A stretch of 64,000 nt of DNA from Chthoniobacteraceae bacterium (GTDB taxonomy: Bacteria; Verrucomicrobiota; Verrucomicrobiia; Chthoniobacterales; Chthoniobacteraceae). Shown here piece after piece: positions 43,403 through 54,387 of this stretch; positions within the stretch are counted from its first letter, which is position 1, and the number at the start of each line of letters is the position of its first letter. The notes beneath the pieces are model-generated. The model was given only the letters and a program-made list of their open reading frames with translations, was not told the DNA's origin and ran no database searches. The stretch is taken from positions 54,051 through 118,050 of the forward strand of contig JBEBGD010000004.1 in assembly GCA_040081625.1 (NCBI GenBank). The letters run 5' to 3'. The translations under genes were made by a program, and so were the position numbers.

Positions 43403-43426
43403 GGGCTGTAAGCAGCCGCTACGGCA

Positions 43427-44035
43427 CTACTTCACTTCGCTGCGCGGGACGATCTTCACGCTCGTCATCGTCATCTTCTTCACCGGCCGGTCCTGCCCGC
43501 CGGTCTGCGTCGAGTTGATCTTTTCGAGCACGTCGTCGCCTTTGATCAGGATTCCGAAGGCGGTGTATTGCCCGTCGAGGAAGGTCGCCTTGTCGTGGCA
43601 GATGAAGAACTGCGAGCCCGCCGAGTTCGGATCCTGCGAGCGCGCCGCCGAGAGCACGCCGCGCACGTGCGACTTCTTGTTGAACTCAGCATCGACCTTC
43701 CACCCCGGCCCGCCTGTGCCCCAGCGCGCCTGCTGCGAGTCGTCCTTGGTGAGCGGATCGCCGCCCTGGATCATGAAGCCCTTGATCACGCGGTGAAAGC
43801 ACGTGCCGTCGTAGAAGCCCGAGGTGGCGAGCTTCTTGAAATTGGCCACGTGATTCGGCGCCACGTCGGGCCAGAATTCGAGGACCATGACGCCCTCGGT
43901 GGTGGTGATGACTGCGACTTCGTCTGCGGATGGGTTGCTCACGGGTTTGTCTTCGGTTTTGGGTTTGTCCTGCGCCTGCGCCGCGAAAGCGCAAAGCGCA
44001 GCGACGGTCACGAGAGAGAGGATGAGTTGTTTCAT
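43427..44035 (-). CDS. Cyclophilin-type peptidyl-prolyl isomerase, exported
   Basis: FYDGTCFHRVIKGFMIQGGDP, SAGSQFFI. Confidence 0.95.
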   Translation of the reverse strand: MKQLILSLVTVAALCAFAAQAQDKPKTEDKPVSNPSADEVAVITTTEGVMVLEFWPDVAPNHVANFKKLATSGFYDGTCFHRVIKGFMIQGGDPLTKDDSQQARWGTGGPGWKVDAEFNKKSHVRGVLSAARSQDPNSAGSQFFICHDKATFLDGQYTAFGILIKGDDVLEKINSTQTGGQDRPVKKMTMTSVKIVPRSEVK

Positions 44036-44144
44036 GGAAAGGACGCCGCCAATGCCATGCCTGCGCCGAAGGGTCAATGCGCGTTTGGATGGTGCGGAGA
44101 TTTCGCAGCCAGCCGCCACGAATCGCTGCCCGGAGAATTCGGCG

Positions 44145-44606
44145 CTATTCGATGATGAAAGCCCAGCGCCGATTCGGCGTGCGCTCGCGAAACGCGCCCG
44201 TAGCGAGGACGCCATTGTCGATCTTCTCGTCGATTTCCGTCATACGCGCCGGCTTCAGGTCGATCGGCGACTCGGTGCAGACGACCGCGGTGGCGTAGCC
44301 CTGCTCGAAATCCCAATCCCAGACGGCTCCGAGCGAATTGCGCTGGGTCCATTGGACACCGCGTAGATACTGCTCCATGCCGGGCGGCATCACTCCAGCG
44401 GCTGCTTCCGCCGGATACCGGGTGTGCTCGGCGGCATACATCTCAAAGCCGGCCGTGGCCGTCCGCAGGTCGGAGGAAAACCGGGCGTTTTGCGCCGTAT
44501 CGCGCGCACGCAGGAACCCAGGCAGCGCGATCAGGACCAAGTCCGCCAGGATGGCGACTACGATCATGATTTCAACGAGTGAGAAGGCAGCTTGGCGACG
44601 GCGCAT
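44145..44606 (-). CDS. Type IV pilin / pseudopilin-like protein
   Basis: AFSLVEIMIVVAIL N-methylation motif. Confidence 0.85.
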   Translation of the reverse strand: MRRRQAAFSLVEIMIVVAILADLVLIALPGFLRARDTAQNARFSSDLRTATAGFEMYAAEHTRYPAEAAAGVMPPGMEQYLRGVQWTQRNSLGAVWDWDFEQGYATAVVCTESPIDLKPARMTEIDEKIDNGVLATGAFRERTPNRRWAFIIE

Positions 44607-44721
44607 TGGGCGGAATGACTGCCGTCGTGTCGCAGTTGCTGTGCCAGCGGCTTGTCGCTCATCGACGCCCGTAGATTCGCCGCTAAGCTGCCGCAACTTT
44701 TCAGGTGATGTTTCCACCCTC

Positions 44722-47094
44722 ATGTCTCCCGTCCTCGCGCGTCTGAACTCATTCTCTGCCGGGCTGCTGCTCTCGTGCGCGACACTGCGCGGTGCCGACA
44801 CCGTCGAGTTCAATCGAGACATCCGCCCTCTCCTCTCCGATCGCTGTTTCTATTGCCACGGCCCGGATGAGAAAAAGCGCGAGGCAAAACTGCGGCTCGA
44901 CACTCGCGACGGTGCGACGGCCGACCTCGGCGGTTACGCGGCCATCGTGCCGGCTTCGCCGGAAAAGAGTGAGCTGCTCGCGAGGGTCACCTCGCACGAT
45001 CGCGACGAAGTGATGCCGCCGCCGAAGGCGAAAAAGTCGCGCTTCACCGCGGAGGAAGTCGCGACGCTGCGACGCTGGATCGCCGAGGGCGCGCGATACG
45101 AAGCCCACTGGGCGTTCCTGCCATTGCGGGACTTCAACTCTGGCGATTCGATCGATGCTTTCATCGGCGCGCGCCTCGCGAGCGATGGCCTCGCACTTTC
45201 ACCCGAGGCCGATCGCGCGACGCTCATCCGGCGCGTTTCGCTCGACCTCACCGGGCTGCTGTCCACGCCCGAGGAAACCGCCGCGTTCATCCGCGACCAC
45301 TCGCCGGACGCGTATGAAAAGCTCGTCGCTCGCCTGCTCGCCTCGCCGCATTACGGCGAACGCTGGGGCCGGCACTGGCTCGATCAGGCACGCTACGCCG
45401 ACTCGAACGGCTACTCGATCGACGCCGAACGCGCGATGTGGCCGTATCGCGACTGGGTGATCAAGGCGCTCAACGACGACATGCCCTTCGATCGCTTCAC
45501 CATCGAGCAACTCGCCGGCGACCAGCTTCCGACCCCGACGAAGGCGCAGCTCGTCGCCACGGGCTTTCACCGCAACACGCTCATCAACCAGGAAGGCGGC
45601 ACCGACGCGGAGCAGTTCCGCGTCGAGGCGGCGATCGACCGCGTGAACACGACCGGTGCCGTGTGGCTCGGGCTCACGGTCGGCTGCGCGCAGTGCCACA
45701 CGCACAAGTTCGACCCGATCACGCAGCGCGAATTCTACGAGCTGTTCGCGTTCTTCAATCAAGGCGAGGACAAGAACAATACGGGCCCGACCGTGCAGGT
45801 CGTGCGTGGCGAAATGTTCGGCCAGCCGGTGAAGGTCGCGCCGGCGACTCCCGCGGCTGACGTCGCGAAACTCCAGGCGGCATGGGAGGCGAAGGAAAGC
45901 GCGAAGCTCGAGAAGACCGCAAAGCTCGATCCGCAGACCCCGCGCGAGAAGTTCGCCGAACTCAAGGGCGCCCAGGCGCTGCTCGCGGCGCTGCGCGTGC
46001 TGCCCGTCGAGCGCACCGCCGAGGAGAAGAAGGCGGTGCTCGCAGCCTTCGAGAAAGCGGAGCCGAAGGCGCGCAAGAAGACTGATCCGAACGTCGCAGC
46101 CGCGATGATCATGCGCGACCTCAAGACGCCGCGCCCGACCTACCTGCTCACGCGCGGCGACTTCACCCGCCCCGACAAGGAACGCGGAGAACTCCAGCCC
46201 GGCATCATCGCCGCACTCGAGACCCGGAACCCGAAACCCGACACACGCACCCGCCTCGACCTCGCGCGCTGGCTCGTCTCGCCGGAAAACCCGCTCACGC
46301 CGCGCGTGACGCTGAACCGGATGTGGATGCGCTACTTCGGCCGCGGCCTCGTCGAGACCGAGGAGGATTTCGGCACGCAAGGCACCGCGCCGACGCACCC
46401 TGAGTTGCTCGACTGGCTCGCGCGCGAGTTCATCCGGTCGGGTTGGTCGATGAAGGCCATGCACCGGCTCATCGTCACCAGCGCCACGTATCGGCAGTCC
46501 TCCAACGCGCGCCCGGATGCGGCGGCAAAAGATCCGCGCAACCTGCTGCTCGCGCGCCAGGAGCGGCTGCGCGTCGAGGCCGAGATCGTGCGCGACGCGG
46601 CGCTGAGCGCGAGCGGCCTGCTCGATCGGCGGATCGGCGGCCCGAGCGTTCATCCGCCGCAGCCCGAGGGCGTGTATGCCTTCACGCAGAACGCCAAGAA
46701 ATGGGCGACCGACACCGGCCCGGATCGCTACCGGCGCGCGCTCTACACGATGTTCTACCGCAGCGCGCCGCATCCGCTCTTCGGCACGTTCGACGCGCCG
46801 GATTTCCAGACCACCTGCACGCGCCGCATCCGCTCGAACACGCCGCTCCAGGCGCTCACGCTCGCGAACGATCCCGCCTTCCTCGAGATCGCGCAGGCAC
46901 TCGCGGCGCGCGTCGTCCGCGACATTCCTCGCGACGACCTGGACGCGCGTGTGCGTCGCGCCTTCCAACTCGCGCTCTGCCGCGAGCCCGATGCGGATGA
47001 ACTGGCCGCGCTCACCGACTACGCGCGCCGGCACGATCTCGCCGCGGTGGCGCGCGTGCTCTTCAACACCGACAACTTCATCACCCGCGAATGA
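44722..47094 (+). CDS. Planctomycete cytochrome c + DUF1549/DUF1553 (PSD1) protein
   Basis: [52 protein letters not shown]. Confidence 0.93.
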   Translation: MSPVLARLNSFSAGLLLSCATLRGADTVEFNRDIRPLLSDRCFYCHGPDEKKREAKLRLDTRDGATADLGGYAAIVPASPEKSELLARVTSHDRDEVMPPPKAKKSRFTAEEVATLRRWIAEGARYEAHWAFLPLRDFNSGDSIDAFIGARLASDGLALSPEADRATLIRRVSLDLTGLLSTPEETAAFIRDHSPDAYEKLVARLLASPHYGERWGRHWLDQARYADSNGYSIDAERAMWPYRDWVIKALNDDMPFDRFTIEQLAGDQLPTPTKAQLVATGFHRNTLINQEGGTDAEQFRVEAAIDRVNTTGAVWLGLTVGCAQCHTHKFDPITQREFYELFAFFNQGEDKNNTGPTVQVVRGEMFGQPVKVAPATPAADVAKLQAAWEAKESAKLEKTAKLDPQTPREKFAELKGAQALLAALRVLPVERTAEEKKAVLAAFEKAEPKARKKTDPNVAAAMIMRDLKTPRPTYLLTRGDFTRPDKERGELQPGIIAALETRNPKPDTRTRLDLARWLVSPENPLTPRVTLNRMWMRYFGRGLVETEEDFGTQGTAPTHPELLDWLAREFIRSGWSMKAMHRLIVTSATYRQSSNARPDAAAKDPRNLLLARQERLRVEAEIVRDAALSASGLLDRRIGGPSVHPPQPEGVYAFTQNAKKWATDTGPDRYRRALYTMFYRSAPHPLFGTFDAPDFQTTCTRRIRSNTPLQALTLANDPAFLEIAQALAARVVRDIPRDDLDARVRRAFQLALCREPDADELAALTDYARRHDLAAVARVLFNTDNFITRE

Positions 47095-48536
47095 ACCCGG
47101 CCGACCAGCATCTCCGCGAAGTTACGCGACGCCATTTCTTCGAGCGGTGCGGCGTCGGCGTCGGCTCGCTCGCGCTGCACGAATTGCTCGCGCGCGACGT
47201 TCACGCCGCCTTCAAGCCGCAGCTCGATCCGACACGCCCGATGCATCCGCGCACGCCGCCGCTGCCGGCGAAGGCGAAGCGCGTGATCTACCTTTTCATG
47301 GCCGGCGGGCCGAGCCAGCTCGAGCTCTTCGACGACAAGCCGAAGCTGCGCGAACTCGACAGCCAGCCGCCACCGCCGAGCCTGCTCGCGGGCCGGCGCT
47401 TCGCCTTCCTCAAGGGCACCGAGAAGCTCGTCGGCTCGCGCCGGAAGTTCGACCGTTACGGCCAGTGCGGCATGACGATCAGCGAGATGTTCCCCAATCA
47501 TCGCGCGATCGCCGACGACGTGTGCTGGCTGCGCGGAGTGAGCACCGACGTCTTCAACCACGGCCCCGCGAAGCTCTTCATGAACACCGGCTTCCAGGCG
47601 CCGGGCCGTCCGGCCTTCGGCGCGTGGGCGACCTACGGGCTCGGCAGCGAGAGCGACAGCCTGCCCGGATTCGTCGTGCTCCAAAGCGGGCCGCGCGGAC
47701 CGCGCGCCGGTGCCGCGTTGTGGTCGAGCGGTTTTCTGCCCACCTCGTTTCAAGGCGTGCCCTTCCGCGGCAAGGGCGACGCGATCCTTCATCTGCGCAG
47801 CCCGGACGGCACGACGCGGGAAGGCGAGCGCGACTTCTACGACACCGTCGGCACGCTGAATCGCGCGCGACTCGCGGCGACCGGCGACCCGGAAATCCTC
47901 ACGCGGCTCAACGCCTACGAGATGGCCTACCGGATGCAGACCAGTGCGCCGGAGCTCATGGAGCTGAATCAGGAATCCGCCGAAACGCTCGCGCTCTACG
48001 ACGTGAAGCCAGGCGAGAGCAGCTTCGCCGCGAACTGCCTGCTCGCGCGCCGTCTCATCGAGCGCGGCGTGCGTTTCGTGCAGCTCTACCACACGAACTG
48101 GGACAGCCACGGCGGCCCCGGCGAGAATCTCAATGCCGACTTCGAGAAAGTCTGCCGCGAAGTCGATCGCCCCGCCGCCGCGCTCGTGCTCGACCTCAAG
48201 CGCCGCGGCCTGCTCGAGGACACGCTCGTCGTCTGGGGCGGCGAATTCGGACGCACGCCGATGGGCGAAAACCGCACAACGCTCGGTCGCGATCATCACA
48301 TCGATGCCTTCACGATGTGGATCGCAGGCGCCGGCGTGAAGCCCGGCTTCATCCACGGCGAGACGGACGAACTCGGCTTCGGCGTGACCGCCGGAAAAGT
48401 CCATGTCCACGACCTGCACGCGACGCTGCTGCACCTGCTCGGCTTCGATCACGAGCAGCTCATCCACCGCTTCCAAGGCCGCGACTTCCGCCTCACCGAC
48501 GTGCACGGAAAGATCGTGCGCGAGATTTTGGCGTAG
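47091..48536 (+). CDS. DUF1501 protein (Tat signal)
   Basis: TRRHF, KRVIYLFMAGGPSQLE, WGGEFGRTP. Confidence 0.93.
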   Translation: MNPADQHLREVTRRHFFERCGVGVGSLALHELLARDVHAAFKPQLDPTRPMHPRTPPLPAKAKRVIYLFMAGGPSQLELFDDKPKLRELDSQPPPPSLLAGRRFAFLKGTEKLVGSRRKFDRYGQCGMTISEMFPNHRAIADDVCWLRGVSTDVFNHGPAKLFMNTGFQAPGRPAFGAWATYGLGSESDSLPGFVVLQSGPRGPRAGAALWSSGFLPTSFQGVPFRGKGDAILHLRSPDGTTREGERDFYDTVGTLNRARLAATGDPEILTRLNAYEMAYRMQTSAPELMELNQESAETLALYDVKPGESSFAANCLLARRLIERGVRFVQLYHTNWDSHGGPGENLNADFEKVCREVDRPAAALVLDLKRRGLLEDTLVVWGGEFGRTPMGENRTTLGRDHHIDAFTMWIAGAGVKPGFIHGETDELGFGVTAGKVHVHDLHATLLHLLGFDHEQLIHRFQGRDFRLTDVHGKIVREILA

Positions 48537-48538
48537 CG

Positions 48539-50587
48539 CTACGGCTTCTGCGGTGGCTGCGCGGGCGCCTCGGTCGGCTTCGGCTTTTGCGCCTCGGCGG
48601 GCGCCGGCGTGGGCGACGGCGGCGGCGCGCTCACCGGCGGGGTGACGGCTTCGACCTTTCCGGGCGCTGGCGGCGCGCCGGGCGCGCCGGGCGCGGGGGT
48701 CGCGGCGGGTGCGGGCTTGTCGAGGAGCGACGCGGTGAATGCCTCAAAATCGGGCTGCGGAATGAGGAAGGTGCCCATGAGACCGTCGGCGCTGGAGAAG
48801 CGCATTTTCTCGGGGCTCTCCGCGCCGAGCGTGAGCTTGCCGCTGGTGTTGCCGGCGGTTTTGAACGTCACGACGGCTACGGGCTTGTCGAAGCCGTGCT
48901 CGGGCGTGCTGGCACCGATCCATCTCACGGCGTGCAGGCTCGAGAGCGTGTTGACGAGGCTCTGCACGTTGATCGTGTGCGGTTTGTCGTCGCCCTTGGC
49001 GAGCTTCCAGTTCGCGTCCTTGTCCCGGTCGAAGCTGAGTGTCGGCTGGCCTTCGCGCACGATCTCGAAGGACGCGATGTCCTCGGGCTTGTTCTTGAAA
49101 ATGTCGAGCGGCTGAAGCTGGAGCGGGTCGGCGACGATCGCGTCGAGAATGCCCTTCGACACCGCGAACACGAAGGGCTCCTCGTCGATCTTCACGAATG
49201 CGTCATTGTCCTGCACCTTGCCGACGAGCACCGACACGATCGGCTTTTCGCCGGCCTTGGTCTCGGCGGTGTTCTCGCTCGAGAAGGCGCTGAGTGTGAC
49301 TTTCACGGCGGGCGCATCGAGACCGTATTTGGGCAGCTCGGTGGCGACGTCGGCGACGAAGCTGCTGACGGTCGCGCTGCCGAGTTCGTCGAGCAGGCGG
49401 GTGATCTGCGAGCTGTTGACTTCGATGTCCTTCTCCTCCTTGCGGACCCAGCCCTGCGGTCCGTTGCGGGCGAGCACGAGCTTCGGCTTGCCCGCGGGCT
49501 CGATGGTGATGCGATCGACGAGGTCGCTGTTGAACTGCGCGAGTTTCTTGTCGCGAAGGTCGTTCGGCTTGACGCCCAGGAGGCTCTCGATGGTCTTCGG
49601 CAGCAACACGACGGCGTCGCGCGAGGAGAGGCGCGCATAGACTTTCTCCTTGTCCTTTTCGTCCTTGGGATTGCCGCCGAGACTGAGAACCTGCGGCTGA
49701 TCCTGCCCCTCGATGAAGAGCGTGATGGTGCCGCGCGGCTGCTCGAGTCCGTATTCGGCGAGCTTGGAAGTATCGGCGACGAAGCTCTCGATGCGCGCGG
49801 TGAGCGACTGCGAGACGGTGTCGCCGATCTTCGCGTCGTCGCCACGCGCCTTGAGCGGACGGACGAGCGACCAGTGATCGTCCGCTTTCACCACCTCGAT
49901 CTCGCCAGCCGGCGTCTTGAGCACGGCCTTGGTGACCTGCCCGACGCTCAGCTCGCTTAGCTTTCTGTCGCGGAAGTCGTCGGCCTTTTTCGAGATGTCG
50001 GTGCGCAGGGTGTTCGCGACGACGAGCACCTCTTTCGCGCCTTCGAGCATGACATAGACGCGGCTCTCGATCGCGGTGTCCTTGCCGAAGAGCAGGTGCG
50101 TCTGCTTGCCATCGACGGTGAGCGTCAGCTTGGTCTGCGGCTCTGCGAGCCCGTATTCCTTGAGCTGATCCTTGGTCACGCCCTTGCCGTCGTTGTCGAT
50201 GGTCGATTCGCTGCGCAGCAACTCCACGCTGGTGAGCAGCCCGCTCATCGTGCCGGAATCGGCGCGGTCTTTGACCGGTGCCTCGACGCGCCAGTTCGCG
50301 CCATCTTTCCTGAGGTCGATCTTGGACTCGGGCGTCTTGATCCCGATCTCGCTGATCTTGTCGCGATCGAACGCGAAGACGCGGTCCTTCTTTTCCGCGC
50401 GCTCCTGGGTCGTCGGGATCCTGCTATCGAAGAGCCACACGTAGCCGCCGAGACCGACGACGAGCAGCAGCATGACGAAGGTCTGCGTGAATCGCTTCGC
50501 GCGCCATGCGCTCCACAAGGCCGCGACCAGCACGAGCGCGGCGACGCCGCAGAGGATGTAATTGGGGTCGGTGAGGTATTGTTTCAT
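48539..50587 (-). CDS. DUF4340 repeat protein
   Basis: Repeated YGL..P / (F/L)RD(R/K)KL modules; Pro-rich tail; follows GldG-like gene. Confidence 0.82.
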   Translation of the reverse strand: MKQYLTDPNYILCGVAALVLVAALWSAWRAKRFTQTFVMLLLVVGLGGYVWLFDSRIPTTQERAEKKDRVFAFDRDKISEIGIKTPESKIDLRKDGANWRVEAPVKDRADSGTMSGLLTSVELLRSESTIDNDGKGVTKDQLKEYGLAEPQTKLTLTVDGKQTHLLFGKDTAIESRVYVMLEGAKEVLVVANTLRTDISKKADDFRDRKLSELSVGQVTKAVLKTPAGEIEVVKADDHWSLVRPLKARGDDAKIGDTVSQSLTARIESFVADTSKLAEYGLEQPRGTITLFIEGQDQPQVLSLGGNPKDEKDKEKVYARLSSRDAVVLLPKTIESLLGVKPNDLRDKKLAQFNSDLVDRITIEPAGKPKLVLARNGPQGWVRKEEKDIEVNSSQITRLLDELGSATVSSFVADVATELPKYGLDAPAVKVTLSAFSSENTAETKAGEKPIVSVLVGKVQDNDAFVKIDEEPFVFAVSKGILDAIVADPLQLQPLDIFKNKPEDIASFEIVREGQPTLSFDRDKDANWKLAKGDDKPHTINVQSLVNTLSSLHAVRWIGASTPEHGFDKPVAVVTFKTAGNTSGKLTLGAESPEKMRFSSADGLMGTFLIPQPDFEAFTASLLDKPAPAATPAPGAPGAPPAPGKVEAVTPPVSAPPPSPTPAPAEAQKPKPTEAPAQPPQKP

Positions 50588-50595
50588 GACGGGAT

Positions 50596-52146
50596 TTAGC
50601 TCCGGCGCTGGAACCACGAGAGGAAGCCGAAAGCGGCGACGACGCACGGCAGCCCGAGCACGATCAGCAGCGCGAGCTGGGTCTGCTGCTTCTCGTCGAG
50701 AGTGAAACTGGTGAGCTTCTTTTCCTTCGGCGGGATGCCCATGCCGATGCCGCCCTCGCGGTTGAGCAGCCAGTTGGTCGCGTTGAGCGCGAAGTCCAGG
50801 CCGTATTCGTATTGCTGCAGGCCGCCGTCGATGAGGAAGCCGGAATTGCCGACCACGATCATCCGCGCGGTATCCACTTTGACGCCATCCATCGCGCCTT
50901 TCTCGAGCGCCACGGCGACGGTGAATGGACCTTCCTTTTCACGCGCAGGATCGCGGCTCGGGATCGCGGGTCCAGCCATGCCGTCGAGTTCGGACCAGAA
51001 ATCCTTGCCGACCTCGGCCAGCTCGGTGAAGCGAATCTGCTCCGCCTGGGTCTTGGTTTTGTCGAGCTCGAGCGACGTGCTCGCGCCGAAGAAGAATGCG
51101 TTCTGCCCGGCCATTTCCTTGGTGATGGCCTGGCCGGCTTCGCTGAACGTGCCCTCGGCTGAGCCGACGATCACGGTCTGCCGCTGGCCGGTCTGGATGT
51201 TGAGCTGCGTGGCGATGCGCATGATGCGGCCGCCGCCGGGCGTCACGCCGGATTGCGCGAGCCACGCGTTCAGGCGCGGCGTCTTGCCCGGGCCGTTGAG
51301 CAGCACGAGGAGGCGGCCCTTGTTCTTCCAGTAGTTGTCGAGCAGCTCGATCTCGCGCTCGGAGAGATCCTGCTTCGGGCCGAAGAGCATCACCGCCGTC
51401 GCGTCCTCGGGCACGCGCTCGACGTCGAGCAGCTTGAGGTTCTCGAACTTGATGTTCGAGCGCTTGTAATTCATCGCGAGGTTCACCGCGTCGTCGGGCT
51501 TCTCGAGTTGATCCGCGATCTTCAGCTCGGGCTCGCCGTGACCACTGACGACGTAAAGCTTCTGCGGCTTGCCCTCGACCAGTTCGAGCAGCGCGGTGGT
51601 CAGCGCGGACTCGCCCTTGAACGCCTTGATCTTCGGCGCCTGCTGCATGAACGGGTTCTGCTGCTGCTGCTCGAACTCGACCATCTCCCCCACGTTCACG
51701 AACTTGGATTTCCCGTCGTAGTCGAGGATGACGATGTTCTCCTCGCCGAAGTGATACTTCTCCGAGAGTTCCTTCGCGCGGGTGAAGTTCTGGTAGGGCT
51801 GCACGAGCTCGACGGTCAGCTTGCCGTTCGAGGTGTAGGCGTATTCCTTGAGCAGCGTCTGCACGTCCTGCCCGATCGGCGAGCCGGGCGTGAAGTAGAT
51901 GATCGCCGACACCGGCTTTTGCAGGCCACCGAGCAGGTTCTTCGTCTGCGGGCTGAGCACGAAGCGCTGGTCCCGCGTGAAGTCCCAGCGCGTGAAGTGG
52001 CGGAAGCCGACGTAGTTCACCAGACCCACGATCACGAAGGTAAAGAGGATCTGGATGACGACGTTGAGGCCGATGGCGAACCGTCTGCCGGAGGACATTC
52101 CGGCCGTCTCGACTGGTGCGGGCTTGGTTTCAGTTTCTTCGGACAT
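50596..52146 (-). CDS. GldG-like ABC auxiliary protein
   Basis: WDFT..RFVLSPQT, GHGEP, ARMIVVGNS, NWL, C-terminal TM. Confidence 0.85.
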   Translation of the reverse strand: MSEETETKPAPVETAGMSSGRRFAIGLNVVIQILFTFVIVGLVNYVGFRHFTRWDFTRDQRFVLSPQTKNLLGGLQKPVSAIIYFTPGSPIGQDVQTLLKEYAYTSNGKLTVELVQPYQNFTRAKELSEKYHFGEENIVILDYDGKSKFVNVGEMVEFEQQQQNPFMQQAPKIKAFKGESALTTALLELVEGKPQKLYVVSGHGEPELKIADQLEKPDDAVNLAMNYKRSNIKFENLKLLDVERVPEDATAVMLFGPKQDLSEREIELLDNYWKNKGRLLVLLNGPGKTPRLNAWLAQSGVTPGGGRIMRIATQLNIQTGQRQTVIVGSAEGTFSEAGQAITKEMAGQNAFFFGASTSLELDKTKTQAEQIRFTELAEVGKDFWSELDGMAGPAIPSRDPAREKEGPFTVAVALEKGAMDGVKVDTARMIVVGNSGFLIDGGLQQYEYGLDFALNATNWLLNREGGIGMGIPPKEKKLTSFTLDEKQQTQLALLIVLGLPCVVAAFGFLSWFQRRS

Positions 52147-52181
52147 GGTGTTGCGGAAAAGGTTGCGGGTTCAGCGAGGGA

Positions 52182-52937
52182 TCAAGCCTTCCACTTCCGC
52201 CGCTGGAAGGAGTGAAACGTGAGGATCAGCAGCAGCGCCGTCGCGCTCAGATACCAGACGATCTGCCGCGAATCGATCATCCCCTTGCCGAACTCCTCCA
52301 TGTGCTCGGCGGCGGAAAAGTAGCGGAACAACTCGAGCCAGTCCGGCCGCGTCGTGCCGAGGATCCGCGGCAGGAACGGCATGAAGAACCAGACGAAGAT
52401 GCCACACGCGCTGATGATCGCGGCGTTGATCTGCTCCTTCACGAGCGACGACGCAAAGCACCCGAACGCCGTGAAGAACATGCCCATAAGCAGCAGCAGC
52501 AGATACGTGCCGCCATACGCGCCGATCGCATTCGCCGCCTGCTTCTCGGTGAGCCATTGGAAGATCGCGAAGTGAATGAGCGTCGGCGCCCAAAGCGTGA
52601 TGTAGAAAAGGAGTGCGCCGAGGTATTTCGAGAGCACCACCTGCAGGTCCGTCACCGGCGCCGTCGTGAGCGTCTCGATCGTTCCCGCGCGGTATTCGTC
52701 GGAAAAAATCCGCATCGTGATCAGCGGGAAAGTGAGGATGAACACGATCCAGAACGGGATGAACGTGAAGGCCACCTGGATGATGGTCGCGTCGGTTTCC
52801 TGTTTGTTGAGCAGCACGACGGCGAGCCAGAAGTTGAATCCCGCGACCATCAGCAAGAAGAACATCACCACATAGGCGATGGGCTGGTAGAAGAAGGAAC
52901 GGATCTCGCGATTGAGAAGGGTGAGTAGCGTTCGCAT
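52182..52937 (-). CDS. ABC-2 permease (GldF-like)
   Basis: REIRSFFYQPIAY, TMRIFSDEYRAGTIETLTTAPV. Confidence 0.88.
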   Translation of the reverse strand: MRTLLTLLNREIRSFFYQPIAYVVMFFLLMVAGFNFWLAVVLLNKQETDATIIQVAFTFIPFWIVFILTFPLITMRIFSDEYRAGTIETLTTAPVTDLQVVLSKYLGALLFYITLWAPTLIHFAIFQWLTEKQAANAIGAYGGTYLLLLLMGMFFTAFGCFASSLVKEQINAAIISACGIFVWFFMPFLPRILGTTRPDWLELFRYFSAAEHMEEFGKGMIDSRQIVWYLSATALLLILTFHSFQRRKWKA

Positions 52938-52973
52938 TGGAATGGGTGGTGGAAAGGTGGTGGGTGGTTTGCT

Positions 52974-53047
52974 CTGCTTCCGCTTCTTCATCTTCTTCTC
53001 ATTCCCTCCCCCGCCGGACGGCGAAGCAGATGAAGAAGCAGAAGCAG
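52974..53047. repeat. Intra-operon inverted repeat built of GAAGCA/GAAGA-type units
   Basis: 25-bp arms at 52974-52998 and 53023-53047, 2 mismatches. Confidence 0.7.
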
Positions 53048-53061
53048 GGAAGCGCTTCGCG

Positions 53062-54000
53062 CTAGCTGTCCGATTGCGTCAGTTCGACAAAGACGTCCTC
53101 GAGCGTCGCGCGGCGGCGGTGCAGTTCGCGCACTGCCCAGCGATTCTCGATCGCAAGCCGCATCACGTCTTCGCTCGGGTCGGTATTGGCTTCGAGCCGC
53201 AGCTCGAAGATCGAAAAATCCGCGTCCTCCTCGACATCGACCTTCTTCACACCCGGCAGCCGGGCCAGCGCATCCGCCGCGTGATCCCTGCCGACATTCG
53301 CCTCAAAGCGCATCGAACCCGCCGCGCGATGATTGCGCAGAAGATTGTCCGCCGTGTCCGAAGCGCGAATCTTCCCCTGGTGAATCACGATCACCCGCGA
53401 GCACATGATCTCGACCTCCGGCAGGATGTGCGTCGAGATCAGCACCGTGCGCTTGTGCGCGAGATTCTTGATCAAGTCGCGCACGTGCCGCACCTGGTTC
53501 GGGTCGAGGCCGATCGTCGGCTCGTCGAGGATCAGCAAATCCGGGTCGTGAACGAGCGCATCCGCCAGCCCGACGCGCTGGCGCTGGCCCTTCGAGAGCG
53601 TGCCGATGATCGCGCGCTGCTTCTCGCGCAGGTCGCACAGCTCGATCACATCGCCCACGCGCTCGCGCACCTTAGAGCCCGGCACGCCCTTGAGCGCCGC
53701 GCGATAGCCGAGGTATTCGTTCACGCGCATGTCGTGATAGAGCGGCGTATTCTCCGGCAGGTAGCCGAGTCGCCGGCGCGCCTCGATGCTCTGCTCGAAC
53801 ACATCGAACCCCGCCACGCTCGCTTTCCCACTCGTCGCCGGCAGATACCCGGTGAGAATGCGCATCGTCGTGCTCTTGCCCGCGCCATTCGGCCCGAGAA
53901 AGCCCACGATTTCACCCTTCTCGATTTCAAAATTCAAATCATCGATCGCCGGAAACGGCGCGCCGGCGTAGCGCTTGGTGAGATTCTCGACTTTGATCAT
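53062..54000 (-). CDS. ABC transporter ATP-binding protein (GldA-like)
   Basis: [23 protein letters not shown]. Confidence 0.93.
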   Translation of the reverse strand: MIKVENLTKRYAGAPFPAIDDLNFEIEKGEIVGFLGPNGAGKSTTMRILTGYLPATSGKASVAGFDVFEQSIEARRRLGYLPENTPLYHDMRVNEYLGYRAALKGVPGSKVRERVGDVIELCDLREKQRAIIGTLSKGQRQRVGLADALVHDPDLLILDEPTIGLDPNQVRHVRDLIKNLAHKRTVLISTHILPEVEIMCSRVIVIHQGKIRASDTADNLLRNHRAAGSMRFEANVGRDHAADALARLPGVKKVDVEEDADFSIFELRLEANTDPSEDVMRLAIENRWAVRELHRRRATLEDVFVELTQSDS

Positions 54001-54109
54001 GAGGCGTGAGTGGAAAGGGGTGCGCGGTTTATCCAAGCGAACTGGAACTGGCAACTTACATCTTTGTAAGAAACCAAGCGGCGCAACGTGGCCGCTTGCT
54101 GTCAGTCAC

Positions 54110-54183
54110 TGCGCCCGGCGGGGGTCGAACCCACAACCTTTGGCTTCGGAGGCCAACGCTCTATCCAGTTGAGCTACGGGCGC
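54110..54183 (-). tRNA. tRNA-Arg (CCG), CCA not encoded
   Basis: GCGCCCG acceptor stem, TTGGC-CTCCGAA-GCCAA anticodon arm, GGTTCGA. Confidence 0.95.
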
Positions 54184-54282
54184 ATTGGAAACGCGGCAGA
54201 GGGTAGGAGCCGCCGCGAGTCGCGCAAGCCGGTTTCTTTTCTACGCTGGACGCCGCGCCCGGCCCGCCTACACCTCCACTCC

Positions 54283-54375
54283 ATGAACACCCCGAAACGC
54301 AAACCCTGGATCAAGCCCGCCATCAAAGAGGTGCGGATTTTCTTCGAGTGCACCTGCTACGCGGGCGCGGTCTAA
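54283..54375 (+). CDS. pqqA: PQQ precursor peptide
   Basis: MNTPKRKPWIKPAIKEVRIFFECTCYAGAV: W-x-K-P leader and E-x3-Y core directly upstream of pqqB. Confidence 0.88.
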   Translation: MNTPKRKPWIKPAIKEVRIFFECTCYAGAV

Positions 54376-54387
54376 GGGGGTAGCGTC

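Noticed and set aside
46676..49960. 1094-aa + strand ORF
   Set aside because: Overlaps DUF1501 out of frame and DUF4340 antisense; a high-GC artefact
48539..54000. Gliding motility system
   Set aside because: GldA/F/G-like ABC modules with DUF4340 are widespread outside gliding bacteria, and no other gld/spr genes are present here
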